This document shows positions 40,531-42,488 of a stretch of DNA of 42,488 nucleotides, in pieces. The notes below the pieces were generated by a model. The model worked only from the letters and a program-made list of their open reading frames with translations. It ran no database searches and had not been told where the DNA came from. The translations under genes were made by a program, and so were the position numbers. The stretch's first letter is position 1. Each line of letters begins with the position of its first letter. The DNA comes from a virus, in IMG/VR virus record IMGVR_UViG_3300002460_000010, positions 1 through 42,488 of that record. One strand, given 5' to 3'.

Positions 40531-42219
40531 ATGGAAGATACAATTAATCAGGAGGGGCAGGTTGCATCTGACGCTAAGGATGTTTTAGATGTTCTGCCTG
40601 ACGACTCCGAGCTTGTCACTAAGATAAATTCTTGGTTAGCGGAATCCAAGGACTTTTATACTACTCTATATGAAGCTCAAAAAAAGTCGGAGGATTATTA
40701 TTTAGGCAAACAAACTAAACGTGATCAAGTCCCTAATCACCTTTCTAATTTTGTCCAAAATAGAATCTTTGAATCAGTAGAAACCATCCTCCCTATCATT
40801 ACTTCCAAACCGGCGGAGTTTATTGTTAAGTCACCAGATGTCTCCGAACTCGGACCGATGAAAGCCAGGAAAGTTCAGATGGAACTTTCCGACTTATACG
40901 ACAGGTTACAAATATCTCAAAAACTTGAAGATGCTTCCCGTAGCGCTCTCAACTATCGTTTCGGTGTTTTAAAGGCGGAGTGGGACACTAACACGGATAA
41001 GCCAAACCTAAAGTTCGTCCGCTCCCAGCGTATTCGTATTCCTAATTATGGCGGGAGATTTGTTAAAGGTTTACCTTATTTAATTGAAAAGATTGATATG
41101 GATTTTCAGGAGATCAAGGATTTCTTCGGCGAAGCGACGGCTAACGAATTAGCCTCTATGTCAAAACCCGAAGGCGGGGCCGAGGAGGACATGCCGGTTA
41201 ATAAAAGAGTTTGGACTATTAATGAAGTCTGGACCGATTGGTGGAGGTGTTGGAAATATGAGAATAAAATTTTAAAAAAGGAAAAGAACCCTTACTGGAA
41301 TTTTGATGACGTTACTAAAAACCATTTAGATAAACCCGCCAAACCCTATTTCTTAATTGCTCCCTTCTCTCTCGGCAAATCTCCCATCCCCGAAACTTCT
41401 TTGGTCGAACAAGCCATCCCGATTCAGGATGGTTTAAATGTTGTTTCCCGCATTATTATCAATCATGCTACTAAAACCGGTAATGGCGCTTGGCTGGTGG
41501 ATTCTAATACAATGACTAAGGAAGAAGCTGACCAGATTCGTAACGAACCCGGCATTATCATATATGGCAACGGCGTGGCTAATCCGAACAATGTCCGCCG
41601 CGACTCTCCTCCCCCTCTTCCCGCTTATCTGGCTCAGCTCTGGGATTCTTTGAACGCTACCCTCGATAACCTCTTCGGTGTACATTCTACTACCCGTGGA
41701 GAACGGCAGGGCAAGGAAACGGCGAGAGGACGTATCTTACTTAAGAACGCTGACCTGGGCCGTTTGGATTATATCGTCCGCGAGATTGACCGCGCTGTCC
41801 AGGATGTCGGTAATTACTTTGTTCAGATGATGAAGATGTATTACACCGATGCCCGAAAGCTTAAATACTCTGGCGCAGCTCAGGGTGTGGATGATATGGA
41901 GAGCGACACTATTTCTAATGAAGATGTTGAAGATGGAGTTGAGATATTTGTAACGGCCGGTTCTACTCTGCCGAAAGATGAAGTCTCGGAAGCTGACCAA
42001 GCTCTTCGTTTATGGGAACTCGGCGCGATTGACCCGATCTCTTTATATGAAAAATTACTGTTTAAGAATCCTGAACAATCAGCAGAAAGATTAATGAAGT
42101 GGAAGATGGGCACGCTTATACCTTCAGCCGTCCCGGCTCCTGCCGGCGCTCCTGTAGGTGGAGGAAGTGAGGTCGTCCCGTCTCCGTTAGCAGGAATATT
42201 ACCAACGGGAGGGCAATAG
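40531..42219 (+). CDS. putative portal protein
   Basis: 562 aa, SD gaggaggaataatATG, downstream of TerL and upstream (across the junction) of scaffold and capsid. Called on size and position. Confidence 0.6.
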   Translation: MEDTINQEGQVASDAKDVLDVLPDDSELVTKINSWLAESKDFYTTLYEAQKKSEDYYLGKQTKRDQVPNHLSNFVQNRIFESVETILPIITSKPAEFIVKSPDVSELGPMKARKVQMELSDLYDRLQISQKLEDASRSALNYRFGVLKAEWDTNTDKPNLKFVRSQRIRIPNYGGRFVKGLPYLIEKIDMDFQEIKDFFGEATANELASMSKPEGGAEEDMPVNKRVWTINEVWTDWWRCWKYENKILKKEKNPYWNFDDVTKNHLDKPAKPYFLIAPFSLGKSPIPETSLVEQAIPIQDGLNVVSRIIINHATKTGNGAWLVDSNTMTKEEADQIRNEPGIIIYGNGVANPNNVRRDSPPPLPAYLAQLWDSLNATLDNLFGVHSTTRGERQGKETARGRILLKNADLGRLDYIVREIDRAVQDVGNYFVQMMKMYYTDARKLKYSGAAQGVDDMESDTISNEDVEDGVEIFVTAGSTLPKDEVSEADQALRLWELGAIDPISLYEKLLFKNPEQSAERLMKWKMGTLIPSAVPAPAGAPVGGGSEVVPSPLAGILPTGGQ

Positions 42220-42220
42220 T

Positions 42221-42427
42221 ATGCCGTTTCAAAGCGAAGCCCAAAGAAGGTTCTTATATGCTAAGCATCCCGAGATAGCTAAACGTTGGTCAATGGAGGA
42301 AAAAAATATGGAACATGGTAAACATATGATGCCGGTCAAAGATATGAAAGGAATGGCCGGTATTGGAAAAGACAAGAAAGAAATGAGAAAGAAAGCAGTT
42401 AAACGTGCATTGAAAAAGAAAAAGTAA
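42221..42427 (+). CDS. small basic head-module protein of unknown function
   Basis: 68 aa with N-terminal 'FQSEAQRRFLYAKHPEIAKRW' and a Lys-rich tail. Starts 1 nt after the portal stop. Confidence 0.5.
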   Translation: MPFQSEAQRRFLYAKHPEIAKRWSMEEKNMEHGKHMMPVKDMKGMAGIGKDKKEMRKKAVKRALKKKK

Positions 42428-42436
42428 TATAATTAA

Positions 42437-42488
42437 ATTAACACCCCTCTGATATGGGTCTAAACCATCTGGTCACGTAAAAGAGGAA
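42437..42488. repeat. 52-bp terminal direct repeat, copy 2
   Basis: Identical to 1..52. Confidence 0.95.

Overview
The window is a complete tailed-phage genome. Its first 52 nt recur exactly at 42437..42488 (circular-assembly overlap or short terminal repeat), leaving about 42.4 kb unique. It is AT-rich by eye, uses the standard code, and most genes carry AGGAGG-type Shine-Dalgarno sites.

Layout:
- A control region at about 36.6-37.5 kb drives two divergent blocks.
- The + strand late block runs LAGLIDADG endonuclease, small membrane and TerS-like ORFs, large terminase, GroES, portal, then across the junction scaffold, major capsid, an 8.5-kb sugar-enzyme island, tail/internal virion proteins and a lysis cassette ending near 21.0 kb.
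- The - strand early block (36.8 down to 21.0 kb) holds a helicase-like NTPase, DNA methyltransferase, PD-(D/E)XK nuclease, RusA, HNH endonucleases, GroEL and more sugar enzymes.
- I saw no tape measure, tail tube, DNA polymerase, integrase, tRNA or CRISPR. This suggests a podovirus-like, probably lytic phage.

Most interesting: roughly 12-13 kb (close to 30% of the genome) encodes glycan enzymes.
- These are 7 glycosyltransferase domains in 6 ORFs, 4 non-DNA class-I methyltransferases, GDP-fucose synthase, an AsnB-like amidotransferase and a truncated nucleotide-sugar dehydrogenase.
- The main island sits inside the structural operon, bracketed by two ORFs whose tails are almost pure Ser/Thr.
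- The two tails share a 21-residue S/T pattern written in different codons.
- I read this as a candidate phage-encoded virion O-glycosylation ('mucin-like') system.

Other notable items:
- a GroEL/GroES pair;
- a CGTTAACG palindrome/iteron array around an AT-rich core;
- three leaderless-type promoters;
- a homing-endonuclease cassette flanked by a duplicated gene start;
- several structured intergenic RNAs.

All functional calls rest on motifs read by eye and on synteny. No database search was run.
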